Below, one piece after another: positions 38,974 through 48,026 of a stretch of 64,000 nt of DNA. How positions within the stretch are numbered: position 1 is the stretch's first letter; every line of letters starts with the position of its first letter. The DNA lies in NCBI GenBank assembly GCA_039028155.1, contig JBCCIS010000003.1, positions 25,904-89,903 of the forward strand, given 5' to 3'. The translations under genes and the position numbers were made by a program. A model generated the notes under the pieces. That model saw nothing but the letters and a program-made list of their open reading frames with translations, did no database searches and had not been told where the DNA came from. The DNA comes from Pseudomonadota bacterium. GTDB lineage: Bacteria > Pseudomonadota > Alphaproteobacteria > SP197.

Positions 38974-39738
38974 CTAGCGCGCCGACTCCGGTTCGGCGTC
39001 TGCGTGATCGATAGCGTCCAGAAAGGCGCGTTCCAGTGACCCGCCGCCATGGCGCTCGCGCAAACTTGTGGGGTCGCCATGATAGAGGATGCGCCGGTCG
39101 CTCAAGACAGCGACGGCATCGCAGATCTCGTCGATGTCGGACAGGATGTGCGAGCTGAAAAAGACCGACCCGCCGGCCTCGCGATAGGCAATCAGACGGT
39201 CCTTCAGAAGGATCCGCGCGCGTGGATCCAGGCCCGTCATCGGTTCGTCGAGGACCAGCAACGGGCGTTCGCTCATCAGCGTCGCCATCAAGCCGGCCTT
39301 CTGCATCATGCCCTTCGAATAGGTCGCGACGCTGCGGTTAAGCGCGTCGGGATCGAGCGCCAGGCCTTCCGCGCTCGATGCCAACGTCGCGCGATCGGCC
39401 TTGATGCCGAAATAGGCGAGGCTCAACGTAACGAACTCGCGGCCCTTCAGCGTGCGTGAGACATTGAGGTTTTCCGGCAGGTAAGCGAGCGCGTTACGCG
39501 CGGCGGCGTCGCGGCAGTCGCGGCCAAAAAGCCGGATTGTACCGGCCGCCGGTTCGATCAGGTTCAGCATCGTCTTGATGAAGGTCGTCTTGCCGACGCC
39601 GTTCAGGCCGATCAGCCCCAGGATCTCGCCGCGCCCGACCGTCAGGCCGACGTTCTCCAGCACGGTGCGCTCACCATAGGCAACGCTCAACGTCTCGGCT
39701 TCAAGTGCCGGTCCCTCGCCATCGTCGCGCCCAACCAT
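38974..39738 (-). CDS. ABC transporter ATP-binding protein (ABC-2/CcmA-like subfamily)
   Basis: GLNGVGKTT Walker A, the ABC signature YSKGMMQKAGL, and Walker B LLVLDEPMTGLD. Start at the internal ATG; the track ORF reads through the upstream hairpin. Confidence 0.8.
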   Translation of the reverse strand: MVGRDDGEGPALEAETLSVAYGERTVLENVGLTVGRGEILGLIGLNGVGKTTFIKTMLNLIEPAAGTIRLFGRDCRDAAARNALAYLPENLNVSRTLKGREFVTLSLAYFGIKADRATLASSAEGLALDPDALNRSVATYSKGMMQKAGLMATLMSERPLLVLDEPMTGLDPRARILLKDRLIAYREAGGSVFFSSHILSDIDEICDAVAVLSDRRILYHGDPTSLRERHGGGSLERAFLDAIDHADAEPESAR

Positions 39739-39782
39739 GATGCGTCGCCCTAGAGCCTTAACGGCTCGGCTAGCATCACCGG

Positions 39783-39843
39783 CCCGCTCCCCCGCCCGGC
39801 CACCCATGGCAGCATCCTAGGGGTGGCCGGGCGGGGGAGCGGG
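39783..39843. terminator. Perfect 23-bp GC-rich inverted repeat (hairpin) between the pilus-assembly operon and the ABC ATPase gene
   Basis: CCCGCTCCCCCGCCCGGCCACCC - 15-nt loop - GGGTGGCCGGGCGGGGGAGCGGG. The two arms are exact reverse complements. Confidence 0.5.
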
Positions 39844-39875
39844 CTGGTCACAGCGACGCGTAAGCAAATCATACT

Positions 39876-40616
39876 CTAGTCCTGTGCCTGCAAGGCTCTT
39901 TCCAGATCGCGCAATTGGTCCTGTTGCGCCGGGCTCAAGCTCAGATCCTCCGGCGTCGCCAGTGCTTCGACATCGATCTCGCCGCCGCCGTCCGCGATGG
40001 TCCCACCCTGCTCTTCGGGCGGCCTCAAAATCGCAAGCGCGGAGACGTCGACCACGTCGTCGGTGTCGGCGAGATAGATCTGATGGGGCCGCAGTGTAAA
40101 GACGCGGCGGTTCTGCGGCTGCGACGCATCCGGCATCCAGACCAGGTCGACATAGTCCGGCCCGATCGCGTTGACGCGCAGGTCCGCCGGCATGGTGTCG
40201 GGTGTCACGTGCTCGCTGTTCAGCCACAACGACCAGCGCGTCGGACTGAAGTAGAGCAAGGCATCCAGGCGAAAGTCGCGCAGGGCGACCGGTGCCACGG
40301 TCACTGTCTCGCCGGTCTCCTGCACATCGGCGAGGCCGTCGGCGCCGGTGACGGCCAGGCGCACGGCGGCATCGATCAAGGCCGCCTCGTGTTCCGTCAG
40401 CATCAGGTTGTCGCGGGCGATGATGCGTAGGACGTCGTCGTCGCTCAGGCTGCTGTCGACCTGGAGCTGCTGGACCGCGGGCAGGTCGATGGCGGGTGTA
40501 GTCGCTTCATCGCCGGAGTCCTCGCCGTCTTGTGCCAGCCCCCAGCCCGCGATAACCACGGCCGACAACACGACGGCGCCGAGCCATGTGCCAGTCTTTC
40601 GAACAATTCGGCCCAT
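39876..40616 (-). CDS. Periplasmic pilus-assembly-associated hypothetical protein (PilP/MshK-position)
   Basis: ATGA-coupled to the upstream PilO-like gene. N-terminal signal-anchor. No recognisable motifs; assignment is positional. Confidence 0.45.
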   Translation of the reverse strand: MGRIVRKTGTWLGAVVLSAVVIAGWGLAQDGEDSGDEATTPAIDLPAVQQLQVDSSLSDDDVLRIIARDNLMLTEHEAALIDAAVRLAVTGADGLADVQETGETVTVAPVALRDFRLDALLYFSPTRWSLWLNSEHVTPDTMPADLRVNAIGPDYVDLVWMPDASQPQNRRVFTLRPHQIYLADTDDVVDVSALAILRPPEEQGGTIADGGGEIDVEALATPEDLSLSPAQQDQLRDLERALQAQD

Positions 40617-41308
40617 CACGACTCGTCCCAATCGTCGTCGTCCCAGTCGTCGTCATCATCGTCGTTACCGGCGACAACAACCGCGTTGTTCCAGTTGATC
40701 GATAGCGTTCCCTCGAACACGGCAACCCGTTCGCCGGCGACGATTTGATCCAGCAGCGCGTCGGAGATCTCACTGATGCGCCGGACGTTCATCGCATCGA
40801 CCTGGACCTGACCGTCCAGCCGGCTGATGAACTCGGCGATGAACCCCAGGATCTGCGTGTCCGTCAGGCTGCGGACCTCCAGGCCGATCTCCGTCCGGGT
40901 CAGGAGAAGCTCGGTACCGTCTTCACCTTTAATCTCCTCGACCATCTCGGGCTGGAAGTCATAGCCCAAAAACACCAGGCCGTACTTCGGGCCCAGTTCC
41001 TCAAGCAGTTGCGCGGCGCGCAGGCGGCTTTGCTCGGTCAGAAAGCCGTTGGCGACAATCGTCTCATAGCGCTCACCCTGGGCCTGCACGACGGCGATCT
41101 CGTCTTTCAGTTCGCCGATGCGTTCGTCCAGCTCTTCGATTTCCCATTCCAGGCTGCCAATCTCGATCAGCTTCTGCTGGTTCTGAGCCTCGATCTCGCT
41201 GGAATAGTGCACGACCGCCCCGCCAACGACGATCAGCACGATCACCGGGATGATCAGCCGGCGCGCGATCGCCTTCAGCACCTGCGGCGTCAGATAGTTC
41301 AGGTTCAT
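40616..41308 (-). CDS. PilO/MshJ-like pilus assembly protein (TM + coiled coil) with poly-Asp/Trp C-terminal tail
   Basis: N-terminal TM (IIPVIVLIVVGGAVV). Coiled-coil region. C-terminus ...AGNDDDDDDWDDDDWDES. ATGA overlap with the upstream PilM/N gene. Confidence 0.55.
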   Translation of the reverse strand: MNLNYLTPQVLKAIARRLIIPVIVLIVVGGAVVHYSSEIEAQNQQKLIEIGSLEWEIEELDERIGELKDEIAVVQAQGERYETIVANGFLTEQSRLRAAQLLEELGPKYGLVFLGYDFQPEMVEEIKGEDGTELLLTRTEIGLEVRSLTDTQILGFIAEFISRLDGQVQVDAMNVRRISEISDALLDQIVAGERVAVFEGTLSINWNNAVVVAGNDDDDDDWDDDDWDES

Positions 41309-42873
41309 GACGCCGCCTCGCTCACCTCGATCTCAGGCAGGATAATGCTGATGACGGCGGCGAAGCCGGTGTCGCCGTCCTCCAGCGGATCGCCCAATGC
41401 GACCTGACCGATCAAGTTCTGGTTCGGCAGGATATCGACCGGCGGATCGGTCACGCGCACGTCGAAACCCGGCATGATTTCGGCCATGCGCTCGGCCAGC
41501 GCGTCGGTCACGACAACGGCGTCTTCCATGTCGCCTATGGTGCTGTCCAAATGCACCGTTACCGCCAAGCGGATATCGCGCAGGCCGGCCTCTTCCTCGA
41601 TGACCCAATCGACTTCGTGCACCACGATGTCCGGGCCCAAGGTCGGCCCGATCAAGGCCAGGAACGGCAGGGGTGACGGCGCATGGGTCGACAGCCGGTC
41701 ATAGGTAGCAACGGTGTCGGCGACTTCGGGTGCGGAAACCAGGAAGCTCGCGGCGAGCTTGCCGGTCGCTTCCAGTTCGGCTTCGCGCTCTGTCGCCACC
41801 AACGCGATGTCGCGATGGGCCCGGTCGACTTCCTGGGATTCGACATAGGCCTCGGAAAGACCGAACGTCGCGTAGCCGACGATCAGCGCGATGAAGACGT
41901 AGGCCGCGCGCGTCGTCAGCGCACCCGCGCGTTTTTCGTAAAGCTCCTCGGGCAGCAGCGACAGAACCGGACGTCGTTTCTGTGCGAACACCGCGCCGTG
42001 CAGCACCTCGCCATAGCTATCATCGGGCTCGGCGACGCCCGCAAGCCTCAGCCTTTCGGCCGCATCATGCGGTGTCACCATGCGCAGATGCGACGGCGAC
42101 ATGCCGAGATTAAGCAACTCCTGGCCGATCTCCGGCGTTCCCGCGACGATAATGTCCAGGCCCTGATCGTCGCTATAGGACATGCGCCTCAGATAGCCCA
42201 TGCTCAGCTTGTATTCGCGCTCGATGGTCTGGGCGACTTCGCTGGCGCTGGCATCCGCCGGCGCGCTTTGCGTCAGGCGCGTGAAGACGAACTCGTCGCC
42301 GCGAATGACCACCTGACGGAAACCGCCGGTGCGGTGGCGCGTCACCAGCATGACCCATTGGGGCCGGCTGCCGCGCCGATGAAACAGGTTGGAGAGATTG
42401 CGCGCCAGCGACACCGCTTCCAGTGGCAACAGCGAGAACGGCTTGACCGGGTTGGGCGCCTGATTGATCCAGTCGATCCAGCCGTCAAGCGCCGGTGAGG
42501 CAGGCAAACCGGCCAACAGATAGCGGCGGTCGCGCCGCTCGCCATCCTGGCGGCCCAGGTAGTGCGCGGCCTTTATCTTCGCTTCCGAAAACGCCGTCGC
42601 CAGCCTGCGCTGCAACATGCCGGCGGCGTCGAACATCGAAACCGGCGGAATCGATTCCTTGGCAAACGACTGCTCGAGGACGTCGATCAGCGGGTACACC
42701 GGCGTCGACGGCGAGTCCTTCAGCATCTCCAGCATCTGCGCGCTGTCGCCGGGATCGCTGGTCGGCGCGAAACAGCGGTCGCGCACCCGCGCTCCTGTCA
42801 CGCGCAGCAGCACCGCGCCCTCATCGCCGATGACCAGGACGAACTTGTTCGACGTGCCGAACGAGAAGTTCAT
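41305..42873 (-). CDS. PilM-PilN fusion-type pilus assembly protein (MshI-like)
   Basis: N-terminal actin-like PilM start (FSFGTSNKFVLVIGDEGAVLL). A central TM (AAYVFIALIVGYATFGL) followed by a PilN-like periplasmic region. 522 aa, comparable to MshI. Confidence 0.6.
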   Translation of the reverse strand: MNFSFGTSNKFVLVIGDEGAVLLRVTGARVRDRCFAPTSDPGDSAQMLEMLKDSPSTPVYPLIDVLEQSFAKESIPPVSMFDAAGMLQRRLATAFSEAKIKAAHYLGRQDGERRDRRYLLAGLPASPALDGWIDWINQAPNPVKPFSLLPLEAVSLARNLSNLFHRRGSRPQWVMLVTRHRTGGFRQVVIRGDEFVFTRLTQSAPADASASEVAQTIEREYKLSMGYLRRMSYSDDQGLDIIVAGTPEIGQELLNLGMSPSHLRMVTPHDAAERLRLAGVAEPDDSYGEVLHGAVFAQKRRPVLSLLPEELYEKRAGALTTRAAYVFIALIVGYATFGLSEAYVESQEVDRAHRDIALVATEREAELEATGKLAASFLVSAPEVADTVATYDRLSTHAPSPLPFLALIGPTLGPDIVVHEVDWVIEEEAGLRDIRLAVTVHLDSTIGDMEDAVVVTDALAERMAEIMPGFDVRVTDPPVDILPNQNLIGQVALGDPLEDGDTGFAAVISIILPEIEVSEAAS

Positions 42874-42935
42874 GTCTGTCCTGCCGGCCTAATGACGAGC
42901 GTGGTTAGCGGGTTTCGTTGCATCGGGCTCCACCC

Positions 42936-44147
42936 CTAGAAGCCCATATTGCCGAAGTTGTCGTAGATCGGGCCCAGCACGCCCAGCACGACCCACAAGA
43001 CGATACCGCCGATGGCGATGGTCAGCGCCGGCTCGATCGAGCTGATCATCGACGTCACGGCATTATCGACCTCGCGGTCATAGAAGTAACCGATGTTCTC
43101 CAGCGCTTCATTCAGCTTGCCGGACTCTTCGCCAATCTTGAACATGCGCACCACCAGATGCGGAAACTGGCCGGTCGCCTCCAGGGCCGCCGACAGCGAC
43201 GTACCGCTCTGCACGTTTTGGCGCGCCATGCTGAGCGATTCCGCCAGCATCTTGTTGGCGACGACACGGCGTCCGGTATCGATGCAGTTCAGAACGTCGA
43301 TGCCGCTTTGGAATGTCAGGGCGAAGAAGTGGGCGAAGCGCGCCAGCGCCAGCTTCTTCAAGACCGGGCCGACGCCTGGAATACGGAACTTCATGGCGTC
43401 GAACCAATAGGAGAAACCCTCGAAGAAACGCAGCAGAAAGGTGACGGTCAAGAAACCGATGACCGGCACGGCAAGCACGACCCACCAGTAGGAAGCGAAG
43501 AAGTTCGACGTCGCGATCAACGCGCGGGTCATGAACGGCAGCTCGCCGGACGTCGAGATCAGGAATTCCGACACCTGCGGTACGACGAACACCATCATCA
43601 TGAAGATGACGCCGAAAACCATGATCATCATGAACATGGGATAACGCGTCGCCTTCTTGATCTTCGACGTCATCTCGCCTTGCCACTTCAGGTGGTCGGC
43701 CAGATGGCCGAACGCGTTGGAGAGATTGCCGCTCTGTTCACCGGCGGCGACAACACCGGTGAAGACCGCGTTGAAGACCTTCGGGTGCACCTCCAGCGCG
43801 CGGCTCAGATACATGCCGTCGCTGACGTTCCGAACGACTTCCGACAGGATATCTTGCAGGCGCCCGGAATCGGTCGCCTCGCGCACATCGTTCAGCGCAT
43901 CCAGCAACGGCACGCCGGCGCGGTCCAGTTGCTGCAGATGAATGCACATCTGCACCATGTCGTCGTTGGTGATTTTCTTCTGCAGAAAGGTCGAGACCTT
44001 GCTCTGGCGCACCTCGCCATGGCGGATCAGGTCCAGACCCATGACGCGAAGGTTCGACTCAAGGTCCATGACGTTGACCGCGTTCAACGTGCCCGTGACG
44101 TTGCGGCCGCTCTGGTTCATGGCGCGGTACTTGTAGAGCGGCATCAA
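42936..44147 (-). CDS. Type IV pilus/T2SS inner-membrane platform protein (PilC/GspF/MshG family)
   Basis: Two T2SSF repeats and a conserved C-terminus (...IEPALTIAIGGIVLWVVLGVLGPIYD...). 4-bp overlap with the upstream ATPase gene. Confidence 0.85.
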   Translation of the reverse strand: MMPLYKYRAMNQSGRNVTGTLNAVNVMDLESNLRVMGLDLIRHGEVRQSKVSTFLQKKITNDDMVQMCIHLQQLDRAGVPLLDALNDVREATDSGRLQDILSEVVRNVSDGMYLSRALEVHPKVFNAVFTGVVAAGEQSGNLSNAFGHLADHLKWQGEMTSKIKKATRYPMFMMIMVFGVIFMMMVFVVPQVSEFLISTSGELPFMTRALIATSNFFASYWWVVLAVPVIGFLTVTFLLRFFEGFSYWFDAMKFRIPGVGPVLKKLALARFAHFFALTFQSGIDVLNCIDTGRRVVANKMLAESLSMARQNVQSGTSLSAALEATGQFPHLVVRMFKIGEESGKLNEALENIGYFYDREVDNAVTSMISSIEPALTIAIGGIVLWVVLGVLGPIYDNFGNMGF

Positions 44148-46210
44148 AACAGCCTGTCGGTCATGTTGATGTGGCGCACCAGCTCGGCGACGCTGGTCTC
44201 GCCCGCCAGCACCTTCGCGATGCCGTCATCGCCCATGGTCTTGAAGCCGTGCTTGCGCGCGCACGACAGAAGCTCGACGCGCGAGGCCTCACGGGCGACC
44301 AGTTCATCCATCTCATCGTTGAAGCCCAGAATCTCGACCGCCGCCACGCGGCCGCGGTATCCCCGGTTGTCGCAGGCCTCGCAACCGACGGGATGCCAGA
44401 TCTCCGGCTTTTCGGCGGGGTCGATGCCCAGCACCTGACATTCGTCCTCGGTAGCCGGGCGCGCCTCCTTGCAGGCGTCACACAGGCGGCGCACCAGGCG
44501 CTGGGCCAGGATGCCGATGACGTGGCCGGCCAGCATGGACGGGTTGAGTTTCAGATCGACCAGACGGGGAATGGCGCCCAGCGCATCGTTGGTGTGCAGC
44601 GTCGTATAGACCTGATGGCCGGTCATGGCCGCGCGCAACGCCATGGTCGCGGTGTCTTCGTCGCGCACCTCGCCGATGAAGACGATATCGGGGTCCTGGC
44701 GCAGAATAGAGCGCACGCCCTCGCCGAACGACATGCCGGCGGCCTCGCGGATATGCGACTGGCGGATCAGCGGCAGCTCGTACTCGACCGGGTCTTCAAG
44801 GGTCATGATATTGACCTCGACCGAGTTGATCTTCTCCAGCATGGCGTAAAGCGTCGTCGTCTTACCCGAACCGGTCGGGCCGGTGATGACGATGATGCCT
44901 TCCGGCCGCTTCAAGAGCGTGCCCATGACCCGCGTGTTGTGCTGGCTGAAGCCGAGCTCGTCCAACGGCTTCAACGACTTGGATTTGTCGAGCACGCGGA
45001 TAACGATGTTCTCGCCGTGCACGGTCGGGTGCGACGCCACACGGAAGTCAACCTCCCGGCCGCCGACATGGATGCTCATGCGCCCGTCCTGCGGGTTGCG
45101 CGTATCGGCGATGTTCATGCCGGAGATGATCTTGATGCGCACCGAGATCGCCGGCCAATAGTCCTTATGGAAGGTGCGCACCTGGGTCAGGATGCCATCG
45201 ACGCGATAGCGCAGACGCACGAACACGCCTTCCGGTTCGAAATGCATGTCGGACGCGCCGACCTTCACCGAGTCCATGATGATCGCGTTGACCAGGCGCA
45301 CCGTCGGGTTGACGTAGCCGTCCTCGGTGGTCAGCGCCTGAATGTCGACAACGCCGGTCTCGATCTCGCGCAGAATGCCGTCGATCGACATTTCGTAGCC
45401 GTAGAGCCGGTCGATCGCCTCGGTCAGGTCCTGTTCGGATGTCAGCAGCGGCAGGATTTCGATATCGCGCGGGAAACAGCGGCGCAGCTGGTCAAGCGCC
45501 AGGACGTCATAGGGATCCGACATCGCCGCCTGCAGCACATCGTCGACCATGGCGACGGGCAGGACCGCGTACTTCGACGCAATGTCCTTAGGCACCTGTT
45601 TGATCAGGTCGGCGTCGAACATGGCGGTCGCGGGGTCGAACTGTTCCAGCCCGGTCGATTCCGCCAACACTTCCGACAGCGCCGACTGGGTGATGAAGCC
45701 CAGATCGACAAATACTTCGCCCAGGAGCTTGTCGCCGCGCTTGCGCTCGCGCATGGCAACGTCGAGTTGGTCCTGCGAGATCAGGCCGAGTTCGCGCAGC
45801 CGCTCGCCCAGGCGCATCTGCTTGACCTGCCCGGTCTGGGGCGCGCCCGCCGGACGCGTCGGCGCGTCGGCCACGCCCCTATCCGCCAACGCCGCCAGAT
45901 CGGGCATCGGCGGCATGGCCGGCGTCTCCGGCGCCGCCGGTGCCGCCGACGCTGTCGTGGCATCCTCGATCGTCTCGGCTGCCGTGTCGCTGGCAGGAGC
46001 GGCCGCACCGGTATCGTCGACGCGAATTTCGAAGCTGGGTTTGGGTGCTGAGACCGGTGCCGCGTCCTCATCCAATGCTGGTTCGGACCGTGCCGGTGGC
46101 GGCGGTGGTGGCGGGGCGTCCGCGCGAACTTGGGCGCCGGCCCCCTTGGCGAGGTCCGCTGCCATGGTCAACGGTTTGCCCGACCTGCCGGGCTTGCCGA
46201 ATACCGCCAT
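44144..46210 (-). CDS. GspE/PilB/MshE-family assembly ATPase with MshEN-type N-terminal domain and a ~150-aa Pro/Ala-rich N-terminal extension
   Basis: Walker A GPTGSGKTTT. Asp and His boxes. C-terminal tetracysteine CDAC...CEAC. An N-terminal T2SSE_N/MshEN-like segment (LGEVFVDLGFITQSALSEVL...). Residues 1-150 are low-complexity (PPPPPPPA...). Strong RBS GGTGAGGA before the ATG. Confidence 0.85.
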   Translation of the reverse strand: MAVFGKPGRSGKPLTMAADLAKGAGAQVRADAPPPPPPPARSEPALDEDAAPVSAPKPSFEIRVDDTGAAAPASDTAAETIEDATTASAAPAAPETPAMPPMPDLAALADRGVADAPTRPAGAPQTGQVKQMRLGERLRELGLISQDQLDVAMRERKRGDKLLGEVFVDLGFITQSALSEVLAESTGLEQFDPATAMFDADLIKQVPKDIASKYAVLPVAMVDDVLQAAMSDPYDVLALDQLRRCFPRDIEILPLLTSEQDLTEAIDRLYGYEMSIDGILREIETGVVDIQALTTEDGYVNPTVRLVNAIIMDSVKVGASDMHFEPEGVFVRLRYRVDGILTQVRTFHKDYWPAISVRIKIISGMNIADTRNPQDGRMSIHVGGREVDFRVASHPTVHGENIVIRVLDKSKSLKPLDELGFSQHNTRVMGTLLKRPEGIIVITGPTGSGKTTTLYAMLEKINSVEVNIMTLEDPVEYELPLIRQSHIREAAGMSFGEGVRSILRQDPDIVFIGEVRDEDTATMALRAAMTGHQVYTTLHTNDALGAIPRLVDLKLNPSMLAGHVIGILAQRLVRRLCDACKEARPATEDECQVLGIDPAEKPEIWHPVGCEACDNRGYRGRVAAVEILGFNDEMDELVAREASRVELLSCARKHGFKTMGDDGIAKVLAGETSVAELVRHINMTDRLF

Positions 46211-46398
46211 TCCTCACCTCTAGCGCCTGATGGATGCTGTCGGCCGACCCCTCGGCACAAGACAACAGAACGTCACCGGTCTCCCGTGGCGTTTTCAGGC
46301 GTCCCCAACTGCTTTCTTCCCGCGTATTTTAGTACACAAGCTGTTAGATTCATATTCAGATAATGCTCAACCCGTCCTATAAGTCGGATTAATGTGAA

Positions 46399-46480
46399 CT
46401 GTGTTTATGACGCACAATCAAGCCGGTCTGTGGCGACCGTCACAACTATATCCGTCGTTCTCTTGATTTGATAAACACAG
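46399..46480. promoter_or_regulatory. 10-bp inverted repeat CTGTGTTTAT ... ATAAACACAG (62-bp spacing) in the AT-rich divergent promoter region between the mshE-like operon and pilin gene 2
   Basis: Seen directly in the 290-bp intergenic region, which is markedly AT-richer than the flanks. Confidence 0.35.
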
Positions 46481-46503
46481 TGGATTAGCGGCACTGGCCA
46501 AAT

Positions 46504-47259
46504 ATGACGTCTGATTCAACACAGAATCCGTTCCAATCGACCGAAAAGGGCTTCACCCTGATCGAAATGGCGATTGTGATCGCCATTATCGGCGTTTTGG
46601 TCGCCATGTTGGCGCCGATGCTGGGCAATATCGCGGAAAACAACCGAACGGAACTGACCGTTCAGCGCATGGACCAAATCGAGAACGCCATGGTCGTTTT
46701 CCTGCGCCAGAACGGCCGCCTGCCATGTCCGGCCGCCCCCAACGGCGCGCCCCTAGGCGATGAACGCGCCAGCTGCAACACCGGCAACAACAACGACGGT
46801 ATCGTGCCGTTCCGCAGTCTTGGGCTGGCCGAGGCCGACGTGCGCGACGGCTACGGCAACTATTACACCTATCATGTCGCCGAGGACTACGCCGACAGCA
46901 GTTTGCCCACGGTGATGACCGATCCCGGCGGCTTCTGTTTCGTCGCCTCCGGCGAGCCGAACGGCGATCTGGATATCGAAGACATCAACGGCACCAACGT
47001 GACCGGCCAGGACATCGCCTTCACGCTGATCAGCCATGGCAAGAACGGTTATGGCCGATACGACCCGCCGGGCAACGGCAAGGTCAACGCCAATGGCGGC
47101 GGCACCTTCGAGGACGAGAACAACGATTCCGACGCCGACTTCGTCGACGGCATCCGTCTAACCGACGATGCGACGGACGGCCCGCTCGATGACGCGGTCA
47201 TCTGGAAAACGCGCGACGGGCTGGCCGGCCAGGCCATTGAGTTCGGCTGTTCGCCGTAG
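46504..47259 (+). CDS. Type IV prepilin (class III signal; large 251-aa pilin, candidate major subunit)
   Basis: MTSDSTQNPFQSTEKG|FTLIEMAIVIAIIGVLVAMLAP is a leader plus N-methyl-Phe helix. C-terminal Cys pair (C...GCSP). Confidence 0.8.
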   Translation: MTSDSTQNPFQSTEKGFTLIEMAIVIAIIGVLVAMLAPMLGNIAENNRTELTVQRMDQIENAMVVFLRQNGRLPCPAAPNGAPLGDERASCNTGNNNDGIVPFRSLGLAEADVRDGYGNYYTYHVAEDYADSSLPTVMTDPGGFCFVASGEPNGDLDIEDINGTNVTGQDIAFTLISHGKNGYGRYDPPGNGKVNANGGGTFEDENNDSDADFVDGIRLTDDATDGPLDDAVIWKTRDGLAGQAIEFGCSP

Positions 47260-47379
47260 CCATAACTAGGCTTACTGAACCCACAACTTGCCAGTGCTCG
47301 AACTCAACCATAGGGTGTTGGGCAAGAGTTGCGGAGTCTACCCTTCGCTACGTTGAAGACAGCATTACGATATCATCTC

Positions 47380-47892
47380 ATGGAAACACCAGAGTTCAAC
47401 CTAAAGAACCGTGTCGCGCCGTTAGGGCGTTGGTATGAACACTTGGTCTATTTCTTTATCGCGAGTTTTTTCTTTGCTGTTTGGACATACTGGGTCGCCG
47501 GAAAATACCATCCATACTATGTACTAGATACTTTGGGGCATGCCGTTTGGTCGCTTCTAGCTTTCTATTTATCCAATAAAATCTTACTAATCGTTTATCG
47601 ACACTTAAACTTTGCAATCGCTTTCTGTGCATACTACATTATCGCGCTTATCATATTTGTTACGATAAGCGTATCAATTATAGCGATGAGGTCTCTGGAA
47701 GGAAACGAAGCGCTAAAATTTGACGGAATATGGATCTATCACTATGGGTTTATTACTTGGGAAGGTTTCATATGGGAGGTCAAGTACTTCTCAAGAAACT
47801 TCATTCCGCTGTTTTTGGCAAACCTAGCTTCAATCTTACTGCTACGATTAATCTACAAACTTCTAAGTTGCCGATTTGTACGCGGTGGGTAG
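47380..47892 (+). CDS. Hypothetical polytopic membrane protein encoded in an AT-rich (~42% GC) island
   Basis: The ORF (TTG at 47329, first ATG at 47380) encodes four or five hydrophobic helices. It is rich in Phe, Tyr, Ile and Lys, with AT-rich codons unlike the host genome. Confidence 0.5.
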   Translation: METPEFNLKNRVAPLGRWYEHLVYFFIASFFFAVWTYWVAGKYHPYYVLDTLGHAVWSLLAFYLSNKILLIVYRHLNFAIAFCAYYIIALIIFVTISVSIIAMRSLEGNEALKFDGIWIYHYGFITWEGFIWEVKYFSRNFIPLFLANLASILLLRLIYKLLSCRFVRGG

Positions 47893-47962
47893 TGGCTTAA
47901 GCACTCTCCGACGCCAGTGCATCAACATGTACAGACGACCTCTTTCAACCCGATCTTCTTCG

Positions 47963-48013
47963 AACTCGTGACGACCTAGCCGGCCTGGCGATCGAGTTCG
48001 GCTGTTCGCCCTA
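47963..48013 (+). repeat. Imperfect direct repeat of the last ~17 codons of pilin gene 2 (relic 3' end), bounding the AT-rich insert
   Basis: CGTGACGACCTAGCCGGCCTGGCGATCGAGTTCGGCTGTTCGCCCTAG matches ACGCGCGACGGGCTGGCCGGCCAGGCCATTGAGTTCGGCTGTTCGCCGTAG at 47208-47259 (about 38/45 identities over the central alignable 45 nt). The two translate as RDDLAGLAIEFGCSP* and RDGLAGQAIEFGCSP*. Confidence 0.6.
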
Positions 48014-48026
48014 GGGTAGGCCGGCT

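Noticed and set aside
34400-46503. Sigma-54 (-24 GG / -12 GC) promoters upstream of the two pilin genes
   Set aside because: Only partial GGCAC matches without a correctly spaced TTGC were found. They are not supported despite the nearby PilR-like activator.
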